This document shows, piece after piece, positions 48,975 to 58,134 of a DNA stretch of 64,000 nucleotides. The position numbers were made by a program, and so were the translations under genes. Numbering within the stretch: the first letter of the stretch is position 1; the number at the start of each line of letters is the position of its first letter. This DNA is from Candidatus Uhrbacteria bacterium CG10_big_fil_rev_8_21_14_0_10_50_16 (GTDB lineage: Bacteria; Patescibacteriota; Patescibacteriia; UBA9934; UBA11717): positions 14,781 through 78,780 of the forward strand of contig PCYM01000002.1 in the NCBI GenBank assembly GCA_002774875.1, given 5' to 3'. A model generated the notes under the pieces. The model had not been told where the DNA came from, ran no database searches, and saw only the letters and a program-made list of their open reading frames with translations.

Positions 48975-50112
48975 CAAGAAAACAATCGCAGTAATCTTTG
49001 GTGGGAAAAGTGCCGAGCATGACGTCTCTATTATCACGGCCCACACGCCCATCATCCAGTCACTTGTTGCTATGGGCAAGTACAACATCCTACCTATCTA
49101 TGTTACAAAGGACGGTGATTGGTATTCCGATGAAGCAATGAACGATATGGCTTACTTTAGGAAAGGTGGTATTGAAGGCAAGCTCAAGAAATTAAAGCCT
49201 CTTCAACTGTCACTCGGGAATGCTTTGTCTATTATTTTTCCAGGCATCATCCCGAAGACTGTAAAAGTCGACATTGTATTTCCAGCTATGCACGGAACGT
49301 TCGGCGAAGATGGGAGTCTCATGGGGGTTCTGCGCATGGCAAACGTTCCGTTCGTCGGTTGCGATCTTGCCGCATCTGCCGTTGCCATGGACAAGGTATT
49401 CACCAAGCAAATTGCAGAAGCAGAAGGCATCCCAGTTGTGCCGTATGTTTGGTTTACCAAACAAGAATGGCTATCCGATATGGACGTTTGCATCAAGAAG
49501 ACCGCCGGACTAACGTGGCCACTGTTTGTAAAGCCGGTACACCTTGGCTCATCTATTGCTATTACAAAAGTAAAGAATCAAACAGAACTCAAACGCGCTA
49601 TTGAAGTCGCATTTCATTATGACGACAAAGTGCTGGTTGAGGAGAGTGTAGACAATCTCATTGAGGTCACGCTTCCAATCATGGGGAATGACCAGCCCCA
49701 GGTTGCCAGCATTGAGCGACCTTTGAACAAGACAGAGTTTTTTAACTTTGAAGACAAATATCTGTCTGGCGGGAAAAAAGGATCGGGAGGTAACAGCGCT
49801 TATAGTGAAGTCCCTGCAAAAATATCATCAGATCTTGCACACAAAGTAGAAGAGCTGGGAAAACAAGTCTATCGCGTTCTAGGATGCACGGGCACCGCAC
49901 GCGTTGACTTCCTTATTAACTCAAAGCGAGAGCACATATTCGTTAACGAGGTGAACACGCTCCCCGGGAGTCTCTACCATCACAACTGGAAGATGTCGGG
50001 TGTGTCTAATATTGATCTTGTACGCAGACTTATCGAGCTCGGAGAGGAAAAATTCCTAAGAGAATCAACAATCGTACGTGTGTTTAAATCCAACGTGTTG
50101 CACAAAGACTAA
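48967..50112 (+). CDS. ddl: D-alanine--D-alanine ligase
   Basis: ATP-grasp Ddl pattern (IAVIFGGKSAEHDVSI..., FVNEVNTLPG). Confidence 0.8.
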   Translation: MPNKKTIAVIFGGKSAEHDVSIITAHTPIIQSLVAMGKYNILPIYVTKDGDWYSDEAMNDMAYFRKGGIEGKLKKLKPLQLSLGNALSIIFPGIIPKTVKVDIVFPAMHGTFGEDGSLMGVLRMANVPFVGCDLAASAVAMDKVFTKQIAEAEGIPVVPYVWFTKQEWLSDMDVCIKKTAGLTWPLFVKPVHLGSSIAITKVKNQTELKRAIEVAFHYDDKVLVEESVDNLIEVTLPIMGNDQPQVASIERPLNKTEFFNFEDKYLSGGKKGSGGNSAYSEVPAKISSDLAHKVEELGKQVYRVLGCTGTARVDFLINSKREHIFVNEVNTLPGSLYHHNWKMSGVSNIDLVRRLIELGEEKFLRESTIVRVFKSNVLHKD

Positions 50113-50168
50113 TGGCATATGCTCTCCCACCCTGCAACGAAAAACACCCCTTTCGGGGTGCCTTTCGT

Positions 50169-50244
50169 TGGAGCGGGTAGAGGGAATCGAACCCTCATCT
50201 CAAGCTTGGAAGGCTCGCATAATAAGCCACTATACTATACCCGC
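50169..50244 (-). tRNA. tRNA-Gly (anticodon UCC)
   Basis: Reverse complement GCGGGTATAGTATAGTGGCTTATTATGCGAGCCTTCCAAGCTTGAGATGAGGGTTCGATTCCCTCTACCCGCTCCA; anticodon loop CTTCCAA; T-arm GAGGG-TTCGATT-CCCTC. Confidence 0.75.
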
Positions 50245-50475
50245 ATATTGTTTAATGTACCTTCTTCCCTCTCCCGACTTCAGCCACTTTTCTCGAATGC
50301 GACCTACTATAAAGTCAGGATGAGTTTCCGTTAGAATAACACGGAACGGCCGTTTGTGTTTTGTTGATCGATTTCTTCCGGAATTGTGCTCACTTAATCG
50401 TCGATCAAGATCTTTACACATTCCTATGTACAGAGTCCCATCAAATTCACTCACCAGCGCATAGACAGTTATCAT
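50230..50475 (-). CDS. GIY-YIG nuclease-domain protein, YhbQ/UPF0213-like (81 aa)
   Basis: ITVYALVSEFDGTLYIGMCKDLDRRLSEHNSG matches the GIY-(x10)-YIG...R...H.xG core; its last 15 nt overlap the 5' end of tRNA-Gly. Confidence 0.65.
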   Translation of the reverse strand: MITVYALVSEFDGTLYIGMCKDLDRRLSEHNSGRNRSTKHKRPFRVILTETHPDFIVGRIREKWLKSGEGRRYIKQYAGIV

Positions 50476-50508
50476 AGCTCGGATTTTGTTTTCGTAGATG
50501 TAAATCCC

Positions 50509-50587
50509 CGAACCCTCATCTCAAGCTTGGAAGCCTGCCTGCCGGCAGGCAGGGCTCGCATAATAAGCCACTATACTATACCCGCAT
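50509..50587 (-). repeat. Partial duplicate of tRNA-Gly (positions ~1-57) with a 20-nt palindromic insertion CCTGCCTGCCGGCAGGCAGG at the anticodon loop; T-arm/acceptor 3' half missing
   Basis: 59 nt identical to the intact tRNA gene at 50180-50244 apart from the insertion at 50534-50553. Confidence 0.7.
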
Positions 50588-50712
50588 GTTCTTTTTCGTA
50601 GGCAACTATAACAAATAGGTCATTTTTTTGCAAGAGTTGATCCAGTTGGCCTTACTATTCATTGTTCTTATGAGGTAACTCATCGTAGAGAGCCATTTTG
50701 CCAATCCCTCAT

Positions 50713-51156
50713 AAAAAAGTGAAACGGCAGCCTCGGATGGCCGCCGTTCACGTACGTTGACATAGATTTGGGCTTTTTACACCCTACCCGCTTGAGTAAC
50801 CAGGACCTCGCACGCCCTTTCCGATGGTCACCTAGCGTCTGCAATACCCTAAGCGCGTTTCATACAAAAGTCGCGCGCTCCACAGGTCTCTCCGTACGTG
50901 GCTGACCAACCAACGTACCCCGTGTGGACTAACTACCGCAGGTGCTTTCTCACCTCAAATGATCCTCTTTGTCCAAGGTCGGTAGTTCTTTCACCTTCAG
51001 CGCGGCGCGAGCCGTGCGCGGAAGGTGTGGTCGAAGATGTCGAGTGGGGGGGTGTAGGCGTTTGCGGAGAGAGCTTCCGCTGCCTACATACATAGATTCA
51101 TACTGTCCTCCTTCCGTTCGACCTAACCTTTATACCCTAAAATACCATTTTGTCAA
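50713..51156 (-). ncRNA. Candidate ~410-nt non-coding transcript bounded by a TTGACA-N16-TATAAA promoter (51129-51156, minus) and a 14-bp hairpin + U6 terminator (50713-50751, minus)
   Basis: No ORF with SD in either strand; strong promoter and terminator on the same strand; identity (tmRNA/RNase P/SRP/other) not established. Confidence 0.4.
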
Positions 51157-51213
51157 TAGTTCGCGTATAAAACAATAAAAAAACGCCTAAAACGGCGCCA
51201 TTTTTAACAATCA

Positions 51214-51693
51214 CTACCCAACCAACCCAGCCCAGGCAATAGCTGCAGCATCGGCAGCGTCATCTGGTTTTGGAATCTCCTTTAGGTGCAAAATTCGCTT
51301 TATCATTTCCTGAACCTGCTGCTTGTCTGCTGCTCCATTGCCTGTGACGGACTGTTTAACTTGCCCAGGTCCCAACTCAATCACCTCTACTGTAAACGCA
51401 CCGGCGATTGCCAACACCACGCCGCGTGCCTCGGCCACCGCCAGAGCCGTGGTCTGATTATTAGAAAAAAACAATGTCTCAATCGCCAAGCGCGTGGGGT
51501 GATGTGTATCAAACAACCCGCGAACCTCCCTTGCAATCACACTCAATCGCTTTGCATGCGTGTCCGTCTTCTCCGTTTGAATACACCCCACATCCAACAA
51601 CGTTTCCTGTCCCACATCACCAACAATAACCGCATACCCCATGCGGTCGTATCCTGGATCAATCCCGAGCGTAACTTTAGGTGTTGTGTTCAT
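51214..51693 (-). CDS. ruvC: Crossover junction endodeoxyribonuclease RuvC
   Basis: LGIDPGYDRMGYAVI... RuvC N-terminus and catalytic acidic residues; start at MNTTPKV. Confidence 0.8.
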   Translation of the reverse strand: MNTTPKVTLGIDPGYDRMGYAVIVGDVGQETLLDVGCIQTEKTDTHAKRLSVIAREVRGLFDTHHPTRLAIETLFFSNNQTTALAVAEARGVVLAIAGAFTVEVIELGPGQVKQSVTGNGAADKQQVQEMIKRILHLKEIPKPDDAADAAAIAWAGLVG

Positions 51694-51709
51694 TCTATTG
51701 GCCAACACC

Positions 51710-52432
51710 CTACTTGATATTCGTAAACACCTCCTGCACATCATCCAAATCCTCCAACGCGTCGGTGATCTTCTCCACTTTTTCATGTGCTTCCTCATCT
51801 ACCTCCATGGGCATTTTGGACACGTACTGCAAACTCGCCTCTTCTGGCTTAATGTTCATAGCTTCTAACGCATCGATCAACGCTTTAAACGTATCGATCG
51901 CACCCGTAACAATCCACCCTTCATCACTTTCTTCAATATCTTCTGCGCCCGCCTCAATCAACGCAATCTCCATGTCCTCGGGTGAGACAACCTCGGCGTT
52001 ACGAGCTACAACCACCACGACTTTTCGATCAAAATTAAACAACACGCTCCCCTGTTCTGCGGGCGTAGCTCCCGACTTCTTAAGCGCCGTTTGAACCTCT
52101 GCCACAGTTCGATTCTTATTATCCGATAACGTCGAAATGACAAACGCGACACCCTTTGGGCCGTACGCTTCATACAATCCCTCCACCATCACGTTGCCTT
52201 CACCCTCACCAGTTCCACGCTTAATCGCGCGATCAATATTGTCGTTTGGCATGTTGGCCGCCTTGGCTGAGTCGACCGCAATGCGCAGCTTAAAATTCAT
52301 GCTCATGTCTCCCCCACCTTCACGCGCGGCCACCGCGATCGCTTTTGCAATTTTTGTAAACGCACCCGCACGTTTTGCGTCGGCTGCCCCCTTTTTATTC
52401 TTGATTTTGGACCACTTGTTATGTCCAGACAT
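51710..52432 (-). CDS. yebC: YebC/PmpR-family DNA-binding transcriptional regulator
   Basis: MSGHNKWSKIKNKKG...; conserved yebC-ruvC arrangement. Confidence 0.85.
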   Translation of the reverse strand: MSGHNKWSKIKNKKGAADAKRAGAFTKIAKAIAVAAREGGGDMSMNFKLRIAVDSAKAANMPNDNIDRAIKRGTGEGEGNVMVEGLYEAYGPKGVAFVISTLSDNKNRTVAEVQTALKKSGATPAEQGSVLFNFDRKVVVVVARNAEVVSPEDMEIALIEAGAEDIEESDEGWIVTGAIDTFKALIDALEAMNIKPEEASLQYVSKMPMEVDEEAHEKVEKITDALEDLDDVQEVFTNIK

Positions 52433-52460
52433 AGCGAGGAGTTAACAATGAATAGAAATG

Positions 52461-52970
52461 TTACTGCACCATGGCTGCCCAAACATCTTTGAGCGCGCGT
52501 GCGTCACTGAGCGCGTGATGTTCTGGGTAGTCGTTACCGTCTAATCCCAAATAATGCATCAACACGCCGCGGCGCTCGGATCGCATTTGACCCGGGTCTT
52601 GCCCATCGCCAAAGAGCATGGAGGCAAAATCGATCGGCATCCAATGAAAGGGAAGTGACTCTGTTCCAAAAAGCTTGACCATGTACACCATATCGTACTG
52701 CGGGACGAATGCTACCATGTGTGGTTTCCCTGCTCCCAAAAAATCTGCAATCTTCTTTTTTGCCTCGTCGCGCGAGATATTCTCTCCCGTGAGCGTTGGT
52801 AAAATATTGGTGCGAACCCACGGATGTATCTCTCCCTCATAGGCAATCTCCACATAGAATTCCTCCCCATTTGGCTTAACCATGCCCACCGATAAAATCT
52901 CACCTGTGTAGGGGTTGAGGTCCGTAAACTCTGTATCCACATACACAATATTGTTGGAAAATGCTTTCAT
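52461..52970 (-). CDS. DEDDh 3'-5' exonuclease (DnaQ/oligoribonuclease-like)
   Basis: Exo I VYVDTEFTDL, exo III H..SDA (HHALSDARAL); 169 aa. Confidence 0.65.
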   Translation of the reverse strand: MKAFSNNIVYVDTEFTDLNPYTGEILSVGMVKPNGEEFYVEIAYEGEIHPWVRTNILPTLTGENISRDEAKKKIADFLGAGKPHMVAFVPQYDMVYMVKLFGTESLPFHWMPIDFASMLFGDGQDPGQMRSERRGVLMHYLGLDGNDYPEHHALSDARALKDVWAAMVQ

Positions 52971-53048
52971 AGTGGTTGTATCCTACCAATCTGCGGCTAT
53001 TCTGTCACTCCAACCAAAAACCCCACGCACAAGGCGCGGGGTTTACTC

Positions 53049-53900
53049 TTACTGATTCCAAACGCGTTCGCACGACATGTGTCGTTTACCGATAATCTCG
53101 TTGCCGGACGTATCCGTCGCCGGTGAGTCTACACACGTCTCTACCATATCCGTTGCCTGTGTAGCACTATCCAGGATGTAGTAGCTCCACCAAACATTTC
53201 TCATGTCTCCACGACTTGTTCCCACGACGGTTTGATGAGGAAGGAAGTCACCTAAAAAGTACCCATCCTCCATAACACCACTGAGCGGTTGATAACGAAT
53301 AAATATATTTCCGTTCCACATCATCGGATGGCCATATCCTTCTCCGTTTTTGACAAAGGCATAAACCTCCGTACCAAACTTACAAAGTTGAATCTGATTA
53401 CCGTTCAGGTTGTTAGCCGTTTTTACGATTTTTTGTGTGAAGACCGCATCATTGATTCTAGGCACATAGTTGTTTTGTGCAACATCCGCTATTGTAAACG
53501 GTAGACCGTAAGATGAGACAGAAGATGTTTCACACGTTCGCGCCTGTTCGAACATGCCAGCCACAAGCTTTTGCATCGCCGTTTTATATCCCTGACCCGT
53601 CTGTGCGTCAACATCATACGTAATATCAAGCCCTGTTGCCGACAACTCTCCCAATCCAGGGAGTGTACTGTCGGATTCCGTAGACCCTTCTTCCACGATA
53701 TCCGATGCGACCTCGTTTGTTGCATCTGATTCTTCCGATCGCGGATTCGAGGATGTGACAACGACATCTGAGGAATCCGATTGGTGAACACCAAACCAGA
53801 TGGCCGCACCCGTCGCACTAAGCGCAAGCACAATGAGAATAATCACCAAGTACCACGGTGCGCCATGCGATGCTGATGTTGGGGGTGTAAATGATTCCAT
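53049..53900 (-). CDS. Membrane-anchored hypothetical protein (N-terminal TM, extracytoplasmic domain)
   Basis: ORF track; WYLVIILIVLALSATGAAIWF TM helix; terminator hairpin at 53005-53045. Confidence 0.5.
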   Translation of the reverse strand: MESFTPPTSASHGAPWYLVIILIVLALSATGAAIWFGVHQSDSSDVVVTSSNPRSEESDATNEVASDIVEEGSTESDSTLPGLGELSATGLDITYDVDAQTGQGYKTAMQKLVAGMFEQARTCETSSVSSYGLPFTIADVAQNNYVPRINDAVFTQKIVKTANNLNGNQIQLCKFGTEVYAFVKNGEGYGHPMMWNGNIFIRYQPLSGVMEDGYFLGDFLPHQTVVGTSRGDMRNVWWSYYILDSATQATDMVETCVDSPATDTSGNEIIGKRHMSCERVWNQ

Positions 53901-53989
53901 AATGGTTTCATTGTATCAAACTTTGAGATCAACCGGGAGCGACGTGGTCTTTTGCACAAAACAAAGAAGCGCCGAAGCGCTTCTTTGTT

Positions 53990-56900
53990 TTATTCCTCGT
54001 CCACGGACGCAAGTACCTCTTCTGTTGGCTCCTCGTCGTCCTCTGTATCTTCCTCAATCTCTTCGACGTCCTTTTCTACGACGTCTTCTACATCAGAAAC
54101 CTCACCTTCCGGTAACTCACCAATCGTCTTGGTTGTGGCCTCCATGATCTCATCGGCAACGGCGATCACGTCTCCCGCACGAGGCTCCGGTGTCACAACC
54201 TCATACAACTCAGGATCTTCCATGAAGTCTGGATCTTCCTCAAGTGGCAGCATGCCTGTACCTGCTGGGATGAGTTTTCCAATAATCACGTTCTCCTTAA
54301 GTCCACGCAACTCGTCCACCTTTCCGGTAACGGCGGCGTTAATCAACACGCGTGATGTTTCTTGGAACGATGCAGCAGACAGCCATGAGTCCGTAGAAAG
54401 CGAGACCTTGGTGATTCCTTGGAACATCTCCTCAACCGTCGCTTGCTTCTGATTCTTCTTGAGCTGATCGTTTGCAATCAACCACGTAGAACGCTCATAG
54501 ATCTCGCCTGGCAACAAATCGGTGTCCCCAGGATCTGCCACACGCACACGCGAGAACATTTGTCGCACAATCACCTCAATGTGCTTGTTGTTGAGCTTCT
54601 GTCCCTGTGACGCGTAGATGAATTGAATTTCCTTAGACACATAGCGCTCAACGGCGTTACGTCCCTTGGTTGCATAGAGCAACTGGAGGTCCAAGTGACC
54701 CTCGGTCAACTCGTCACCCGCTTCTACTTCATCTCCATCCTTCACGAGCACGGTAAATCCAGCTGGGACCAAGTACTCACGCGACTGCTGTGATTCAAAC
54801 ATCACGTGCACATGCGTTTTTTCGATCTTCACAACTCCATCAACCTCAGAAACGTGCTGCTCACCGTTTGGCTTCTCACAAACCACGTCTCCCGCCTTTA
54901 CCGTGTCGCCATCCTTAACTTTTACCTTTCCACCACGACCACACTTGTAAATCTTTACGTCCATCATCGCGTGATGAATCATAATGATCTTTTGTCCCGG
55001 TCGCGTATCTACAATCTTTTGACCCGTCTTGGATTCCAGAACCTCACGCTTTGTGGTCACAATCTCCACGGTTCCTGGAACCTCTGTCATAAGCGCGCGA
55101 TGCTTTGGCGTTCGTGCCTCAAACAACTCCTCCACACGTGGCAAACCTTGCGTAATGTCCTTACCGGCAACTCCTCCCATGTGGAAGGTACGCATCGTCA
55201 ACTGTGTTCCAGGCTCTCCAATGGACTGCGCGGCAATAATGCCAACCGCTGTTCCCATCTTCACGACCTTGTTGTGTGCAAGGTCATATCCATAACATTT
55301 GATACACAATCCACGACGTCGCTGACAACTCACCACGGATCGCACATGTGCCTCTTGTAACTCGGCCTCTGCCTCTTCGATCTCACGGATATGATCCTCT
55401 ACCACCAACTCACCAGCCTTGATTACCACTTTACGTGTTCCCGGCTTCTTGATATCAGACAATGCGTAACGACCGAGAATACGCACCGTAAGTGGCTCTC
55501 CAATCTCATCTGATTCTTCTTTGGTGAGCACGACACCTTCTGTATCTCCACAATCGTCCGTCACCACAACCACGTCTTGCGCCACATCCACCAATCGACG
55601 TGTGAGGTATCCGGCGTTTGCCGTTTTAAGCGCCGTGTCCGTAAGTCCCTTTCGCACACCATGAGAGGAGATAAAGAACTCCATTACATCCAATCCCTCT
55701 TTAAAAGATCCTTTGACAGGTAGCTCCAAGGTTTCTCCAGACGCCGACGACACCAATCCCTTCATACCGATCATCTGCGTCAACTGTCCCAAACTTCCAC
55801 GGGCACCAGATTCGATCATTGTGTACGCCGATCCGCGCTTTGGAAGCACGTCGCGTGACAAAATCTCAATCTGATCCTTTACGTCCGTCCAAATCTTTAC
55901 GATCGCGCTGTGTCGCTCAGAGTGTGTAAGTAGTCCTTGTGCGAAATGCTCGTCCACCTCCAATGCCTTTCGCTCTCCTTCCTTAAGGATCTCTGGCTTT
56001 TCTGGAATCGCTGGCAATTCTCCCATTCCCCAGCTAAATCCGGAGAGTGTTGAATACTTAAATCCGAGGTTCTTAAGACCATCAAGCAACGTTACGGTTC
56101 GAGGCTTTCCTTCTTTCTCCAAAACCGTACGGACAATTGCGGACAATTGCTTCTTGCCAAGCGTCTCATTGCGATAACCAATGACCTCTGGGATGTACTG
56201 GTTCACCAACCACCGTCCAACGGTTGTCTCCATACGCCCGTATCCTGGAACCACCATGGTCACCAACTCACGCATGCCAATTTTTCCTGCTTGCTGCGCG
56301 TAGAACGCATCTCGTGGCGTGGCAAATTCTTTACGCTCGCCTTCCGGCTTCTGTTCCTCGTCCAAAATCATGGTGAGGTAGAAACATCCCCAAGCAATGT
56401 CTTTTCCAGGACGCGTAATCGGTTCTCCCGCAGACGGCTTAAGCAAGTTACTTGATGCAAGCATCAAATGCTTGGCCTCCATACGTGCTTGTTTTGTAAG
56501 TGGCACGTGCACGGCCATTTGGTCTCCATCAAAGTCGGCGTTAAACGCGTCACACACTAATGGATGCACCTGAATCGCCTTTCCCTCAATCAACTTAGGT
56601 CGAAAGGCTTGAATTCCCAAACGGTGAAGCGTCGGAGCACGGTTCAACAACACATAGGAATCACGAATGATCTCTTCCAAAATATCCCAAACTTCCAATC
56701 GATCCGCTTCAATAAAGCGGTTTGCACTACGAATGTTATAGACGTACTCGCGTTGAATCAACTTGGAGATTACAAACGGTCGAAACAACTCCAATGCCAT
56801 ACGCTTTGGAATTCCACACTCTCCCAAGTTAAGATGTGGCCCTACAACAATCACGGAACGTCCCGAGTAGTCGATACGCTTTCCAAGTAAGTTCTGTCGG

Positions 56901-58123
56901 AAGCGACCTTGCTTTCCTTTAAGGTTATCTGAGAGCGACTTAAGCTGACGCTTACGTCCTGTTGCGGCAATTACTGTCTTACTGTGACGCGCACTATTGT
57001 CCAACAAGGCATCTACCGCCTCCTGCAACATGCGCTTCTCATTACGTTGAATCACCTCTGGCGCGTTCAATCCCTGCAATCGTCGCAAACGGTTGTTACG
57101 GTTAATCACACGTCGATACAAGTCGTTGAGATCCGACGTTGCAAATCGCCCGCCATCCAGCGGCACCATTGGGCGCAAATCTGGCGGAATCACAGGAACA
57201 GCCGTCATGACGGTCCACTCTGGGCGGATATGGTTAATCTCCAATGCTTTTAAAAGCTTTACTCGACGAATAATACGATCCGATTTTGCTTTTCCAGCCT
57301 CTTTCCCTTCCTGTTCTAACAACGCGATCGTCTCAGTGAGGTTCATGCGTTGCAACAAGCTTCGGATTGCTTCTGCACCAATAGACGCTTCAAAAATGTG
57401 ACCATAGCGAATGGACCAATCTTGGTAGGTGGTCTCACCAATCAACTGCATGGGACGCATGTCCTTCAGCTCCTTGTCCACGATCACAAAGTCTCCTTCC
57501 AGTTCTTCCAACTTGTGGTCGCGAATTTCAAGCAACCGCGCATCCTCTAATTTTAGCTTATCTGGTGTTCCCTCGAGGTTGGTCTTCGCACGATCTAAAT
57601 CGCGCTTGTACTCTCCTTCGATCATCTTGCGCTTGTTCTTGTACTCTGCCTGTAATTCCTCCAAGGCCATGGTGCGCGCGTTCTCATCCACGTCGGTAAT
57701 CACAAACTGCGCAAAGTAAATCACTTTCTCTAATTGCTGAACGGACAAATCAAGAATCGTTCCAATCTTGGAAGGCACGCCACGCAAGAACCAGATGTGT
57801 GATACAGGAACAGCAAGCTCAATGTGACCCATACGCTCACGTCGCACTAATGCATAGGTCACCTCTACGCCACACTTGTCGCAAACAATTCCTTTGTATC
57901 GTATTTTCTTGTACTTTCCACAATAACATTCCCAGTCCTTAGAAGGTCCAAAAATTTCTTCCGCAAACAATCCCATTTTTTCTGGTTTTTGTGTGCGGTA
58001 GTTGATGGTTTCCGGCTTTGTTACCTCACCATAGGACCATTCACGAATGACCTCTGGACTCGCCACGCGTAATCGGATCGAATCAAAGTCCGTCGCCTTC
58101 AATGTTTCTCTAAACATCGCCAT
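53990..58123 (-). CDS. rpoC: DNA-directed RNA polymerase subunit beta' with acidic C-terminal tail
   Basis: Zn-binding CxxC...CxxC N-terminus, NADFDGD active site, 1377 aa. Confidence 0.95.
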   Translation of the reverse strand: MAMFRETLKATDFDSIRLRVASPEVIREWSYGEVTKPETINYRTQKPEKMGLFAEEIFGPSKDWECYCGKYKKIRYKGIVCDKCGVEVTYALVRRERMGHIELAVPVSHIWFLRGVPSKIGTILDLSVQQLEKVIYFAQFVITDVDENARTMALEELQAEYKNKRKMIEGEYKRDLDRAKTNLEGTPDKLKLEDARLLEIRDHKLEELEGDFVIVDKELKDMRPMQLIGETTYQDWSIRYGHIFEASIGAEAIRSLLQRMNLTETIALLEQEGKEAGKAKSDRIIRRVKLLKALEINHIRPEWTVMTAVPVIPPDLRPMVPLDGGRFATSDLNDLYRRVINRNNRLRRLQGLNAPEVIQRNEKRMLQEAVDALLDNSARHSKTVIAATGRKRQLKSLSDNLKGKQGRFRQNLLGKRIDYSGRSVIVVGPHLNLGECGIPKRMALELFRPFVISKLIQREYVYNIRSANRFIEADRLEVWDILEEIIRDSYVLLNRAPTLHRLGIQAFRPKLIEGKAIQVHPLVCDAFNADFDGDQMAVHVPLTKQARMEAKHLMLASSNLLKPSAGEPITRPGKDIAWGCFYLTMILDEEQKPEGERKEFATPRDAFYAQQAGKIGMRELVTMVVPGYGRMETTVGRWLVNQYIPEVIGYRNETLGKKQLSAIVRTVLEKEGKPRTVTLLDGLKNLGFKYSTLSGFSWGMGELPAIPEKPEILKEGERKALEVDEHFAQGLLTHSERHSAIVKIWTDVKDQIEILSRDVLPKRGSAYTMIESGARGSLGQLTQMIGMKGLVSSASGETLELPVKGSFKEGLDVMEFFISSHGVRKGLTDTALKTANAGYLTRRLVDVAQDVVVVTDDCGDTEGVVLTKEESDEIGEPLTVRILGRYALSDIKKPGTRKVVIKAGELVVEDHIREIEEAEAELQEAHVRSVVSCQRRRGLCIKCYGYDLAHNKVVKMGTAVGIIAAQSIGEPGTQLTMRTFHMGGVAGKDITQGLPRVEELFEARTPKHRALMTEVPGTVEIVTTKREVLESKTGQKIVDTRPGQKIIMIHHAMMDVKIYKCGRGGKVKVKDGDTVKAGDVVCEKPNGEQHVSEVDGVVKIEKTHVHVMFESQQSREYLVPAGFTVLVKDGDEVEAGDELTEGHLDLQLLYATKGRNAVERYVSKEIQFIYASQGQKLNNKHIEVIVRQMFSRVRVADPGDTDLLPGEIYERSTWLIANDQLKKNQKQATVEEMFQGITKVSLSTDSWLSAASFQETSRVLINAAVTGKVDELRGLKENVIIGKLIPAGTGMLPLEEDPDFMEDPELYEVVTPEPRAGDVIAVADEIMEATTKTIGELPEGEVSDVEDVVEKDVEEIEEDTEDDEEPTEEVLASVDEE

Positions 58124-58134
58124 AGTGATGGGGG

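Noticed and set aside
50713-51156. Identification of the 410-nt non-coding unit as tmRNA, RNase P RNA or SRP RNA
   Set aside because: Could not find the GGGG...UUCGAC 5' end, resume codon/tag, CCA-terminated T-arm, the P4 GGAAAGUCCGG block or the SRP domain IV motif by eye; left as unclassified candidate ncRNA
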